Source of the DNA: Eledone cirrhosa
Taxonomy: Eukaryota
Reading direction: 5' to 3'
Length of the DNA: 64,000 bases
Assembly: GCA_964016885.1 (NCBI GenBank)
Contig: OZ024745.1
Location: 32,612,001-32,676,000 of the forward strand
The notes beneath the pieces were generated by a model. The model saw only the letters and a program-made list of their open reading frames with translations, did no database searches and had not been told where the DNA came from. The position numbers and the translations under genes are program-made. The first letter of the stretch is position 1. Every line of letters begins with the position of its first letter. Shown here in pieces: positions 43,876 to 57,795 of the stretch.

Positions 43876-46519
43876 GATTTCCATACGTAAATGATATATT
43901 AAAAATTAAAATTATAAAAGATCAAGCAAATTCTGTGGGAGAGTTTATTTGCGTTTTACTTGACTAGCTTTTATATTTACTAGTTCTCCCTTTTGAAATA
44001 AGTTCTCAATGATTTTCCTGCTCAAAGAATCAGTGTAAGCCCTTCTTTTCCGAAGCACCTGGATATGAACAAATGGCAAAGAAGTAATTTTATTTTATAA
44101 AAAATCTGAGCATGTGAAACTCTACAGTGTTCTTAATGAGTTATATGTAAGTTTATGTAAAAATCTATTCTGTTGACAAATTTCAAGTTTAATAAAGTGA
44201 TGTAAAACAAACTAAATTTAACATAAATGTAAAGTAACGTTATAAATACACAAAATAATAATTTATTCGAAGTATATATGCATCCTTTAAGACACTCATG
44301 CTTCCCGAAATACGCCAAAACTACACCTGATGTACCCCTTCCATACACATGCACACATGTGTGTATCATGACTTGTGCACTGTTCATTTTACTGATGTTT
44401 GTGCATTGCCCTATGTACTGTACATGTGACTTTTTTGATGAGTTGTGGTGCACCTGGGCACTGTACACTATTTCATTATTGTTATTATTATTATATCATG
44501 ACTCATACACTATTCATTTTCCTGACATTTGTACATTATTCTATGTACTATACATGCACCTTTGATGAGTTGTAGTGCACCTGAGCACTGTACACAATAA
44601 TTTCATTATTATTATTATTATATATATATACAAAGCTATTGTCCACTAGAAAAAGGATATGGAAGTTGCCTTTAGAATCACGTATGGGGCCGCTAGAAAG
44701 CCTGCCACTCGTCCAAGCCATGATGTGGACAATAGGAAGTTATCTTAATTTCTGTTCCAGAATAAAAGTAAGTATTACTCCTTTAAACATTTTTTTTTTT
44801 AATATAACGTACATAATATAACTTTCCAGTTTCCGTAATGTTCTTTTTTAAACAGCCATGTATATTTTAGAACATCTGTAGAAATTATAAAGTGACCTCT
44901 TTATACAGTTAAATAATAATGAGTTGGCATAAAGTAGGGTTGAAAAAATTACAATATGGTAAATGAAGTAATACAGAACTTTTCTGATAGCCCCATCCAC
45001 CTATACCTCCAACATCAGAAGAAATAACTTCTCGAGACAGAACCTAAAGATGCATTATAGGTAAAGCAACGTATTTATACAGCCAAATGAATCTTAAACA
45101 ATAATTACCACTCAGTTTTTATATATAGTTCTATATATTAAATGATACAGGCTAAAGTTAGGATTATGCTTTAGTTAGTTAGAGAGAGGGAGGAGTGGAA
45201 TGAGTGACAGAGAGCGAGAGGTGAAGTGAGTGAGAGAGGGTTTTCCTAACAGAGTTTTCATTAAAAAAGCAGAATTATAATTGCAAAGGTGTCAACAATG
45301 ATACAGGTTTGTTCAAAGGAACCGCTACATTTAGCTTTGCTACTTGTAATCTTGATATGGATACTTATTCTATTTCGTTCGTTCGCGCGTAGCGCTTTAG
45401 TTAGAGAGAAGAGGATGTGGAGTAGTATTTCCCTCCCTCTATATAGATAGTATGACGAACGGACGGACAAATGGTCAACGCTGTTATTATTGTATAGATT
45501 TCGCTTCACTTGTGCTCTTCGAGAATTTAGTGACTGTTGGATAAGTTTACTCTTTTCTGTTAATATGTATGAAGACAAACGGACGTAAACAAAACGATAA
45601 GGGGAAAACAAATGTTTCTTTGTTTATTCATTCTCGCATTTATTGTATAATTATTGCATTGTTTTTGTTATATGCATTTAATTTTATTTATAATTCGTAT
45701 TTTATTGATTTTTAAAAGAATGCTTTGATGCCTGGGAACGAATTATCCCTTAATAAATTTTGATGTGATACAAACATCTATGTGATAACGAATGAGGTTT
45801 CGAGACGAATTAGATTCATTACGAACTGTTCCGCTGTAACATCACCGTTATCAGTCAGCCTGTCGGTTTGTTTTTTTTAGTGTGGTTCGGTGCTAGGACC
45901 ATCTTGGTCTCAGATTGTCATGGTTTCACCCACTGGCTTTTATCCTTCGAAGTTCGGCGCTTAACGGTTGTATTATAGCGTTGTACATGATGCTTTACGG
46001 TATCTCTTACGGCCTTCCAAAGTATTGTCCCCGGACCATAGCCATGACATGGGAAGTGGTGACATGCATGCATATGCCACTGTCTTTCTCCTTCTGTATA
46101 CACGAGGAGCACCTCTTCTTGTGTCTGTACGCATTCGTACGTATATAGTGTTAACCGATTTTACACGTGTGCATGCACATAGACGCACACACATACATGT
46201 ACGTCCACACACACAGCTGGCGTGTCAGTCTCACCTCACAGCGGTCAACGTATTTTCCAGGCTGACATGTCTTTGAGGGATCATTACAGACTAAGTATTT
46301 AGTTGGAACAATCTTGCTTACGTTCTTTCTGGTTTTTGTATGGTTGCGTACCCTACCTATCACCAATCACTTTACAGATTGAAGTGAGGGCATTTTGTTG
46401 TAGCACCAGCACTAGGAGGGCTGCCATGTCCTAGACACAACTGAGGAGTTCTTTTGGGGAGTTTTCTATGAGTGCATGCCCTTCCTAACGCCTACTATCA
46501 TAAGTGTATTGGATACGTT

Positions 46520-49200
46520 TGTAGTGACCTACATTCCGCGGGCTCACATACATTCTCTGTGCGTGATTTGGCTCAGTTCAGCCAATCAGCGCCAGTAGAA
46601 GAGGATGTATCCCTACGCGCCCTGAGGAAGAAATTCCCCGCGAAGATTTGAAGAATCTCTAGCTTGTACCAGAAACTTCGAGCCAGTAACACGCATAATG
46701 TAACAGTGAGATATTGCACCACTAGCCTCGCCGGCGCAATGGCACATTCCCTAATGTAACCTCTTTTTATCTGTAACTTCAACCATATAAATAAACAAAC
46801 ATTGCATCTCTAATTACTGCGGTTGAAGTCGTTGTTTTACTCGTGTCTCAATGACATCTTTTATCCATGCTGCTGGAATTGGCGACCTGACGAAAGGAAT
46901 ATTGTAAATAGATGGTAAATAGATCGAGGGACCTTCCCTCACGTCTATGTCAACAAGATAATCCAACGAGGATACTATCACTTACCACACTGGCAACTAA
47001 CGACCACTGATTCTACCACCCTGCTAAAGTGGCGATAACATCTACAACCAATAACTGCTAAAGTGGTGACCGACGTAAGAATATCACGCAGCCCTTCTTA
47101 TTCATTCAGTTTAACTTTTACTGCCACGTCGCAACTTGCGAAAATCCAGAATATTCCTTTTAAGATTTTTGAAAAATTAGCAGTATTTCAAAAACTTTTT
47201 CGCCACGAAAAAATTTCAAGATGGCTACCGACATGTCATGGCTACGCTTGACAACAACAATGACAGCAGCAGCGACAGCGTTGTTTAACCACTGACCAAT
47301 ACAGGGAACGGTGAGTGGCAGCTTCATAACCTTACCAACGCCAACCACCACACATCGGAAATTTAAAAACGGCTTGTAACTTTACCGACGCAACCACCAT
47401 ACCTTCTGTCTCGTTACCACAGGGACGCGAGAAATTGAGACAGTAGTTTTCTCACCATTATGGCGTCAGACGTGACTGCCATATTTGGTGACTCCTAATC
47501 TACAGAAGATTCTTTGACTTTGCTTTAACAATAAGAAACACAACCGTGTGGCGGGACGGGAAAATGGCCACGAAATCTCACAAAAACACCATACATCTAA
47601 CCCCTAACGGCATTAACAAACTTCTTTTTCAGTTTTCAGATCGAACTAGTGTCTGTACACTGGTGATGTGTGAACTATTTGACTTTGAAAAACTTTGAAC
47701 TTATTGAGCAATTTCTCTGCTCCCCTAGATTGACTTTGAATTATCAGTTTGTTACATTCACATATTTCTTTGTAGAATGCATTTACTTGTTTTGTGTTCT
47801 TTTGCTATTTGCTTGCTCATGGTTTTTGTTCATTCACATTCTTTGCTGTTTTACATGCCTGCATATGCACACATTTTTTTTATCACACACCAACATGTTG
47901 TTCTTAGTATATGTTCTTCAAACGTAATATTCTGCGAGTCCCTTTTCACCTGGTTGAGATGCTGTCACATGCTAGCAGCTTACAGAGCTTAATCCACTGG
48001 ATTCAAACAGGCACCGCAACACGAGAATACATTGCAGCTGAACTCAAACAGCTTCGCATCTCGTTGCACACTGATCGTCCATGACGGCCATCCGTCTTGT
48101 TGTTTTTGCCCGACTCGCTGGGAAAGCAACAAATTGAACTGGACTTGTTAGCATTTCGGCCACTTCTGTGGATTCGCCCGAATTATGGAATTTACACTGC
48201 AACCCACCTACAGATTAAACTTGCCTTTTGTTCTTTACAAAGCAACCAGCCATTTTTTCCTGGCTCCACAGCACATTCGACAATACATCTGGGGGCCATC
48301 ATTTTCTCGCCAGCACTGGTAAACTACCATAATAGCTTCGTTCACAGCTACTGGTACAACGCTTACCATTAACATTTAATGCAAGAACAGCAACCTCGCC
48401 CATGTCAGACTTTATCCGTTTTTCGTTAAACCTTTGGCGGTCACGTATAAACAACAAAACAACTGGTCATTTGACACAGCGGCTCAACACGGCCCGTAGT
48501 GCCTCATTTTTTGTTCTTGCATGCAACCATCTGCTCAATTATTTTTTCACTGATGTGCTCTTTCAGCATTTGTTCTTGCTGATTTAATAATATGTGGATC
48601 CTTGGTTTCTTCGTTATCGATTTTCGGCTGAAAATCTGGTTGGAGGTGATGTAGTGACCTACATTCCGCGGGCTCACATACATTCTCTGTGCGTGATTTG
48701 GCTCAGTTCAGCCAATCAGCGCCAGTAGAAGAGGATGTATCCCTACGTGCCCTGAGGAAGAAATTCCCCGCGAAGATTTGAAGAATCTCTAGCTTGTACC
48801 AGAAACTTCGAGCCAGCAACACGCATAATGTAACAGTGAGATATTGCACCAGTAGCCTCGCCGGCTCAACGGCGCAATGGCACATTCCCTAATGTAACCT
48901 CTTTTTATCTGTAACTTCAACCATATAAATAAACAAACATTGCATCTCTAATTACTGCGGTTGAAGTCGTTGTTTTACTCGTGTCTCAATGACATCTTTT
49001 ATCCATGCTGCTGGAATTGGCGACCTGACGAAAGGAATATTGTAAATAGATGGTAAATAGATCGAGGGACCTTCCCTCACGTCTATGTCAACAAGATAAT
49101 CCAACGAGGATACTATCACTTACCACACTGGCAACTAACGACCACTGATTCTACCACCCTGCTAAAGTGGCGATAACATCTACAACCAATAACTGCTAAA
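46520..49200 (+). mobile_element. Non-autonomous LTR retrotransposon (Gypsy-like)
   Basis: LTRs 46520-47062 and 48650-49200 nearly identical (8-bp indel, a few substitutions); 4-bp TSD CGTT; PBS TGGTGACCGACGT resembling the tRNA-Trp 3' end; weak PPT; no long internal ORF. Confidence 0.92.
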
Positions 49201-49409
49201 CGTTTTTCATGACAGAAGCACTAGGAATGTTGTGTCAGTGACGTGACTTAGGAGTTTTCTCAAACCTGTGTGTGTATACTTCATATATTGAGTTGATATG
49301 ATACTGGAAGAATAGGTAAAATTTCAATGTTGCCAAAACGTTTAATTCTCCTAAATAACCCAGTTAAATAGGTCCCATATATTAGTAAGGTTATGTTAGT
49401 CTTCCCCTT

Positions 49410-50420
49410 TAGTCCCTTTTGCATTGGGTGAGACCATTCTGTATGGTTTCAATTCCTGTCATGGGCTAGACTCATGTCTTGCAAATCTTCTTCCACAGAC
49501 CTCCACCAGGTCTTGGCAGGCCTCCCTTTCTTCCTATTCACTCTTTCTAGATTTCATTTTATGGAGGCCTCCACTGGTTTCTTTGAGTACATACCTAGCA
49601 CATGATCAATCATCTTCTACCCTTCTATGGTAATAGTATTCTGTAGATTACTCAGCTTGGTCTTTTCCATGACCTCCCTGTTTGTGATGTTATCATGCCA
49701 AGAATTCCTAAATATGGTAATTGAACAATGTCTATAGAAGACATCTGCAGTTTTGTACATTCCCTCAGTCTCCATTGGCACAACAATTGACATAAACAGG
49801 TGGAGCTTTATGCCTTAGCCAATGAATGATTTAGACCATTCAGGCTTCAGGCACTGACAGCTGCAGCATTGTGGAGTCTCTTTTTCCACATCAGTTCTTG
49901 AATTACCATCTTTAGTGATAACAATGCCCAGTTATACAAAATTGTCCATGGTTTCCAGAGTCTGGTCCTCCAGCTGCCACCTCAATAAGCATCAATTTGA
50001 TCTTTTCAATGCTGATGTGAATATCAACCTTGAGTTGCTGAGATAGGTGTTCATGTTTTCCATTTGAGGCTGTGTGCTAGATTCCCCGTAGTCTTCCTCG
50101 TGATGAAATTCACTACCAATCAAGACCAAAGAGTAGGCACTCCATACAGCACAATGATCTTCCATGTAGACTCTATGTTGATGCTGTTAATGGCCTTCTT
50201 GAAATCAAAGAAGTTGACCATAAGTGGCTACTGGAATTCATGAATCAGCTCAAGGATGAGGATTTGTTTATTGCACAATGTACCACTACTGAATCCTACC
50301 TGAGCTTCTTGTAAATGTTCATCAATTGCTTTCTTCAGGTGGCTAAGGAAGACACAGTAAAAACCTTTTCCAGTGACAGACACAAGGGTTATTCTGTGTC
50401 AATTGCTGTAGTTACTTAAA
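49410..50420 (-). pseudogene. Old degenerate LINE RT fragment (RTE-like)
   Basis: Minus-strand remnants RITLVSVTGK, EAQVGF, VNFFDFKKA, KKGRPAKTWWRSVEE. Confidence 0.7.
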
Positions 50421-50844
50421 GCTCCATTCTTGAATAATGTTACAATCACTCCATCACCCCAATCCATAATGACTTCCCCCTTCATGTCATATTCAGTTGT
50501 AAATATGTCCCAACACTTCTGTAGTGACAACTTCCCATTGATAATACAAGGGTAGACTGAAAAGTTCATAAAGCCCTTATTTTCACATAACATGTCTAGG
50601 CCAAGTCTACTTGGTGGAAAATTATCCATTTGCGAGGCACATTTTAACTCAGTATTGACAGCTAAAGGAGAAAAAAAGCCACTCAATATTTACACACTGC
50701 ATCAGCTGTTTAATGTTGATCCTCCTTACATAAACTACCTATTCACTATTCACAACTAAGTTTATTGAACTAGTTGAAAGCTAGAAAATAGGACAGCATA
50801 TATCATATAGACCATTTTGTGGCCACTTGTTAAATACACCGATA

Positions 50845-51043
50845 TGACAGTTGATTGAAAAGTTCATATGCTGACCAAGATACTCTCATGGAATGACCAA
50901 ACGAGGTTTATTTTTCACCATAGTTCTCTGGAAAGTAACAATACAGTTATTAATAAGAAGGGTTGAAATTAATGCATGCAAGATTTCACAGCTCTAGCAT
51001 CACTCCTCCATAGTCAGCCTATGAACTTTTCAGCCAACTCTCG
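50845..51043. mobile_element. Tc1/mariner-type MITE
   Basis: About 30-bp imperfect TIRs (AGTTGATTGAAAAGTTCATATGCTGAC / GTCAGCCTATGAACTTTTCAGCCAACT) with TA on both sides. Confidence 0.7.
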
Positions 51044-51339
51044 TAACTTTAAGTAAAAATAAGACTGAAAGCCAAAATTATTAAGTAAATTTATTTTTTC
51101 ATTAAAAAATAATAATTAGTATCATTTAATTCAAATAACATTTTAAAATGTTATTTTAGTTTCACTTACATAATTCTTATACCTGCATTGCTTACTTCCC
51201 ACCTAGCAATACAATATACTATAGCCTTTGGAGTGTGAATGTGTGTGTTTGTTCAGCAGAAAAGATGTATGGTATCATGTAATTGTTATGAACATAACTG
51301 TCCTATTAGGACAGAGCTGTGTGTTATTTTTCTTGTGTA

Positions 51340-52924
51340 AGTATAATTTGATTAAAGCTGACGGCCGTATGTAAGTAACAAACTTTCCGCCAAGCGGCTG
51401 GATCAAACGGCACCAAATTTGCACCATAGATGTAACTTTTTCCAAGTAAAAAGGTGAGCGTATTTTTGTCTACTGAATTTTGTTAAACGATTAAAGACAT
51501 TATTTAAATATTCACTTCTTTAAAATTTTCAAATGTCAACACTTCCGGTTATACGACATTCCTAACGTCTTCACGAACCAAAGTATCATATTCCTGTTTT
51601 CTTTCGGTTGCAACGTTTTTCGAAATATTTACTTCTGCATTCACAGATTGATTTTTTTTAGTTTCAGAAGATCCCGTTAAGGGTGAAAGCAGCGATTCTT
51701 TGCTTAAACTTTAATTATTTTAATATATATATATAATTATATATTCGTGTACAGATATTTTTGCATACACAAAAACAAAATATAAACAAATGTATTTATT
51801 TCACGAAATCACAGACGGCTTATCGTCATTGTCAGTACCGATATGCCACCCAAAAAGTCCTAGCCTGGCCGCAAGATCAGATTTTCCAGAAGAAAAAATG
51901 TTATTAGAGCAACAGAGAGACTAAGCTTTGCAATTACCATCAACAAAACTCAGGGTCAAGCCCTAAATGTGGCTGGCCTTCATCTGGGAAAACCATAGCC
52001 AATTGTATGTAGGATGCTCTAGGGTGAGCTCGCCAAACAATCTCTTCATCTTTGCTCCCGAGGGCCAAACAAAAAATATTGTATACTCTGAGGCTCTAAC
52101 AATGTAATTTATGTATTTTCTGTTACTTAGAATTTCCATTATGGTTGTACAAATTATTGTAAAGTTTGTTAAAAAATGTGTTCTCTGTTCAACCTTTATT
52201 GTGGTAACTATCAATTTTCTTTAACGTACTGGCTGAGAAAAGAAACCTACAATGAAAGAACATCTTAAAGTTTACCCAAGCCAAATGTTGTATTTATTAA
52301 CATTTCTACCTGCAGGTTCTTAGCAAGCTTACTGGCGCTTTAGTATGGTATTCAATTCTCATATCATTTTTGATTGATATGGTGCATATATTGCAGCTGT
52401 TCATATGTTTTAAACATTAGATAACGATTGCTGATGTATATTGTACAACAGAATTAGCTGAAAAATATTTTGAATGAACAAATAAAAGAGATATAAAAGA
52501 GAGACGTTTGTTGGTTGGTTCCTTCGCTTATCACACAAAAAAAACGAAAAGTGACAATTGGAAAGTATGTAGAAGATTGGGATAAGAGTATATCCAGGAA
52601 AGTTTATTGATACTAATTTTATAACATCAAAGAAGAAGAAAGACATACCACATATGCTAACCAACCTGACTGCTATTTCTAGCAGGTTGGGAATCAACCA
52701 TAAGGGATTCTCTCTGCGAGTTCGTTGTCAGTGATAATCGTGTTTCGCGGCCTATGTCTCCGATTCCAACGGTAGTTTACACACACACACGAACACACAC
52801 ATATATATACACAAACATACACACAAACTGTAAACAAGACAATGCATTCAATACAGACGTTTTCTCTTCTGTCGGTCTTCTCTTATCATTTGTTAACCTT
52901 GGCGAAGCTGGGTACCTCAGCTAG
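51340..52924 (+). mobile_element. Helitron deletion derivative with PIF1-type helicase remnant
   Basis: 51921-52107 reads LSFAITINKTQGQAL..QLYVGCSRV..TKNIVYSEAL; 3' end CTAG|T; 5' boundary approximate. Confidence 0.8.
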
Positions 52925-52937
52925 TACTTATATAGTA

Positions 52938-53611
52938 CTGGCTGAGGTACCCGGCTTCACCTTGGAGAATAGTTAAGAGAAGATGGATAAAAACAACTGT
53001 ATTGGATGTGTTGTCTGGTTTACAGTATGAGGTGAGATCGTAATGTATGAGAGAGACAAAAAAAAAATCATAAAACTTCCTTATTAGGCTGGGGGAGTAA
53101 ACTGCTGATTAAATGGTAGCATTGGCCTTGGATTTTAAATGTGAAATAACCATAGTCAGTATGATCTTTTTCAGCCCCAAAGGACGTCATCTGAAACACA
53201 ACAATATACCGCATAACATTGCTTGTATAGTGTTGCTTCGTTAGTACGGTCTGTAAGTAGTATATGGATAAAAGATGGAGGGTAAATTAATTTCAAATAG
53301 TATTAATTTTTTTGGTTCTGTAAAATCAGACTGTAAAACGAATTTATAAAAGCTAATGCAACATTTTTAAACCTTTATATAGATCAAAGGATCTATAGTT
53401 TAAGCCATTTCTAGATTTTCATGGGACGTTACTCACTCTCTCTCTGAATATCTAACACTTTAATTGTATCTCTCTCCATATAATGGCCTATCTCTCTCTT
53501 TCTGCCTCTCCCTCTGTGTCTCTCTCTTTAGATGTGTGTGTATGTATTTGTGTGTGGTTTTCATGTGATCCAACCAATCAATAAACATCTTTCTTTTATA
53601 TTATATATAGA
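52938..53611 (-). mobile_element. Helitron derivative with RepHel N-terminal remnant
   Basis: Minus strand about 53065-53200 reads FQMTSFG..TFKIQGQCYHLISSLLP; 5' A|TC, 3' GGGTACCTCAGCCAG|T matching the neighbouring Helitron end. Confidence 0.75.
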
Positions 53612-54681
53612 TATAGATTATTATACATTGATTGTGTGTGGAATATTTATGTGTAATTCTGTTCATGTATACAATGTGTGAGTCTGTTTTGAGTAAGTTG
53701 TGATTAACACATGTTGAGTGCATGTCTATATTACAACATTTAAATGTTGTGAGTTTTCTTGGCAATGTACTACTAATGGACTAAATTTCATGGTTTTTAA
53801 GGAGTATCATACTAGGTGTTATTCTCCTTGTGAAACCATTTCTGCACTCCAGGTTCAATACCCCCAAAACATTCATACTTTTAAATGACTATGTAGTCTG
53901 TAATCCAACACTTTATACTCAAAACCACTGTGCCTCATTAGAATTACTATATTTTTGTTGGACTTCACCAGTAAAAATGCCACAATCCACATCTCCCCAT
54001 GATGCTTATATCTTCTAATCACAAATGGCCAAGCCATTGATTGTTTATTGCACTGAAGAGATAGAAATGTGTTGGAGGATTGTTAATGTGTTATACTCAT
54101 CCCATACACTTCTAATTTCTTCTCTGATGAACCAGCCTTTTAAAATGTTCTTTATTTATCTAAAACCTTTCCATCATAATTTTATGTAAAACCTTTTGTT
54201 AAATTATGCCCCAAACACCAACTTAATAATGAGAGAGTCTGTTATTTTACTAAATCTTTCCAAATTCATGATTATTTTCAAAATTATTTGAGAATCATAG
54301 GCAATGTCTTCATTAGAAATACAATAATGGAAGGGGTAAGCTGGTGTTGAGAACAAAATAGAACTGAAAGAAAGCTTCTTACATAAAATTTATGATAGAA
54401 TGTTTTAATTTAAATAGGAAAACTATAAAACAAAAGTTTTTGTATCACAGAACCAGAGGCAGTCTCAAATAGGTTGGTATCAAAAGGGTTAAACAAGAAT
54501 CTAGCCAGGAGTAGGATGTCATTCTATTGTACATACATATTCTTCCATAAGCAGGCATGTCACACCCAATATCACAAAGCTGTGTCATTAATTCATTACG
54601 TAATTCAAATTATAAAAAATATAAATATAAAATGTCTATTATATCTGATCATATGATTTTTTTTAATTACCTTTCTAAAGT

Positions 54682-55752
54682 ATAGTTGCTGAGATGCTGA
54701 AGGCATCAGATGAAGTAGGCATTAAACTGGTTGCATGCATCATCAATCAAGTTATATATGGTAGTGTCATACCCAAAGACTGGTGTAGCAGTATTCTCAT
54801 AAATTGCTACAAAAGTAAAGGGGATTCTCTAGAGAGGAGCAATTATAGGGGCATAAAGCTGATGGATCAGGTTATGAAAGTGGCAGAGAGAATATTAGCG
54901 CAACTGATTAGAGAAAGGGTCAAATTAGATGAGATGCAGTTTGTTTTGTGCCTTAGAAAAGTACAACAGATGCCGTCTTCTTGGTGAGGCAACTACAAGA
55001 GAAGTATAAGCCACTATACTAGGCTTTTGTTGACCTAGTGAAGGCCTTTGATAGAGTACCCCGATCTGTCATCTGGTGGTCCCTAAGGAAACTAGGTGTA
55101 GAGGAATGGCTTGTGAGGGCAATGCAAGCTATGTACAGGGGCACTGTCGGTAAAGTGAGAGTAGGTATAGAGTTTAGTGGGGAATTCCAGATACAAGTAG
55201 GTGTACATCAGGGTTCAGTCCTCAGCCCCCTCTTGTTCATTATAGTCCTCCAAGCCATAACAGAGGAGTTTAAGACTGGATGCCCATGGGAACTTCTCTA
55301 TGCTGATGATCTGGTTCTTATAGCAGAGTCAGTAGGGGAGCTAGAGAATAAATTCTGGCTATGGAAACAGCAGTTGGAATCAAGAGGACTGAGAGTGAAC
55401 ATAGCTAAGACAAAAGTGTTGATAAGTAGAAGAGAGGACAATACTCCGATTCCATCAAGGAAATGGCCATGTTCGATATGTAGGAAAGGAACTGGCATAA
55501 ATTCCATAAAATATATGTAATGCACATGGAGGATGACCGCTTGGTAAAGAAGTGCCAAGAAATCCCAGTAGAAAGACACAGTAGAGGTAGACCATGTAAA
55601 ACATGGGCGGAGGTGGTGAGAACATACCTCAGATCGCTAAAGCTCACGGTGGAGATGACGAAGGACCGTGACAAGTGGAGAGATGCTGAATAGGACCCAT
55701 CCAACCATTGCAAGCAGGGAAAAGCGGACGTAAAATGATGATGATGATGATG
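54682..55752 (+). mobile_element. RTE family B fragment with internal deletion
   Basis: Homologous to 38420-39260 joined at about 55517 to 39800-40035. Confidence 0.9.
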
Positions 55753-56467
55753 AAACTGAAAAAAAAAATTATACACAAAAATACAGAAAATTATTTCATA
55801 TGATATACCCCTCACCAAAATAAGTAGTTGTTTGTTCTAGATTGTTAATTTTCATGATAAAAATGATGTACCTCTCAACAGTTGGAATAAATCATTAACT
55901 TTCATGATTAAGATAATAAACGTCAAATCAGTTCAATTAATTACAGGTATAAAGGTTGCTGTATGATAAATGATAAATTGAAAATTAGCAGCATTTATTC
56001 CCTTTGCAGCAGGTACTAAAATTAACTTCTCCAGATTTTCCAAGAGTTTCCAGTAACTCAAAGGGATTAATTGCCTGAAAATGAAAAAATAAAAATGTTC
56101 ATAAACTAACAATGTGAAATTAAAGCAAGGTGGAGTTCTGAAGTTCTCTTTTTATAAATCTATTAAGCTAAGATTATTAAAAAAAATATGCTTCTATACA
56201 TTTATTTGATACACTGAGTCTGCAGTTATTACACAATAATTGTGTTGTAGTGAAATGGGTAAAACATTTATATAAGCAAACATATATGAGTATTCTAAAA
56301 CCAATATATTAATTAGTAATCATATATAATTTTAATTTTAAAAACTGTACTATGAATTATGGCATTATGAAATATAAAGTTAGCTTTTTTAAAGTAACTA
56401 ATTCAATGTTTTGAAGACAATATATGTGTAACTTAGTGAGAAATATAATGCTTATATTTCTACTGCA

Positions 56468-56610
56468 TATAATGCTTCACCATAACATTTAACTAAATAA
56501 CATAGTCTTAATAATAAGGCATATAAACCCACAGAATGGAAAATATGGGTTTATACACCTTATTATTAAGATTATGATATTTAATCAAATGATACAGCAA
56601 AGCATTATAT
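56468..56610. repeat. Diverged about 140-bp hairpin
   Basis: CATAGTCTTAATAATAAGGCATATAAACCCA / TGGGTTTATACACCTTATTATTAAGATTATG. Confidence 0.7.
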
Positions 56611-56929
56611 TTCTATTTCAATTTTCAGACTTCACTTGCTGCTTTCTAAACAAACTTCCTTTATAACCACACATTAAGGAATTTAGCCACTCTAGACTAT
56701 TGAACATCATGATTGCACAGCAGTCTGTACAATAAAAATCTCCATACATTCGAAAACTTACAAACCCACAAACAATGATAGAAAAACAAAAAATAATAAA
56801 CATGTAACTACTAGACACAACACTAGAGGTAATACTACCAACCCCCAAACTCTAAAAAACAAACCAAGGCATAACAACACTAGTAATGAAAATGACAACA
56901 TCCAAACAATGTATAATACACCCTATGAC

Positions 56930-57795
56930 TCATGAAAAAACAGAAATCACAAACAGAAATTCCTGGTATAATCTTCCATACAAGCGCCCTGACGAAGAGC
57001 CATTTACCGTCCATCCAAATTCTCAATCTTAAGGAAAAATTTCCCACCTACACACAGATACAACCAGATATTAAATATCTTTACAGTTAAACTATCATAC
57101 TCTACCACACATAACCAACAAATGAGAATAAACACATCTAACACCTCTAAGCTTAAGAATAATTTGGAACAGGCGCATACTTCAACTATTAGCATGGAAA
57201 ATTCACTAGGTCCCTTTAATTCACCAAACCCAGGGAACATCGACACTAATGCTAATACTGACACTAACGCAACAAAAGTAGTAACAGAAGAGCATAACAT
57301 AGCATATAACTCTGCTAAGGTTCTCTATGGTGCCCCTGATGATGACACTAGTAATGACAACAATAATAACAGTGTTAATAATATTAACACAACCAATACA
57401 AACCCTGTGAAACACACTAGATCTAAGCAAGCAACTGCAAATGAATACACTATTGATATAACCCATTTGAACCGAATTCCCTCAGATCACCTTAGTAACC
57501 CAAACTGCAACTGCAGATTATCAGATTATCCACTTAATTATCCACTTAAAGGAAATTGTCTCATCACCAGTGAAGTGTCAATGCAAGCTAATTATGGAAT
57601 GCAAAATGCAAATATACATAGTAGCAACTGTCAATTCTTTCAAAAAAAGATATAATTCCCACACACACCCTTTCAAGCATAGTAAATTAATCAGTAGAAC
57701 CTCATTAACTGAGGCAATTAACAAATACAACCTCAAACATATTAAATATAACTTGGAATGGAATATCCTGAAGTAAACAAAATCATATAACAGAA
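56930..57795 (+). pseudogene. Third, highly decayed Hydra-like PLE (linker + GIY-YIG)
   Basis: WYNLPY, KNFPPTHRYNQILN..TVKLSYSTT, NCNCR..PLKGNCL, FKKRYNSH, YNLEWNILK. Confidence 0.75.

Noticed and set aside
45300-46280. CpG-richer stretch with short ORFs as promoter or first exon
   Set aside because: No recognisable protein, splice pattern or motif set that I can support.
46620-46900. CTGAGGA and CTGACGA motifs in the LTR as hammerheads
   Set aside because: No properly placed stem II-GAAA-stem III-NUH-stem I arrangement.
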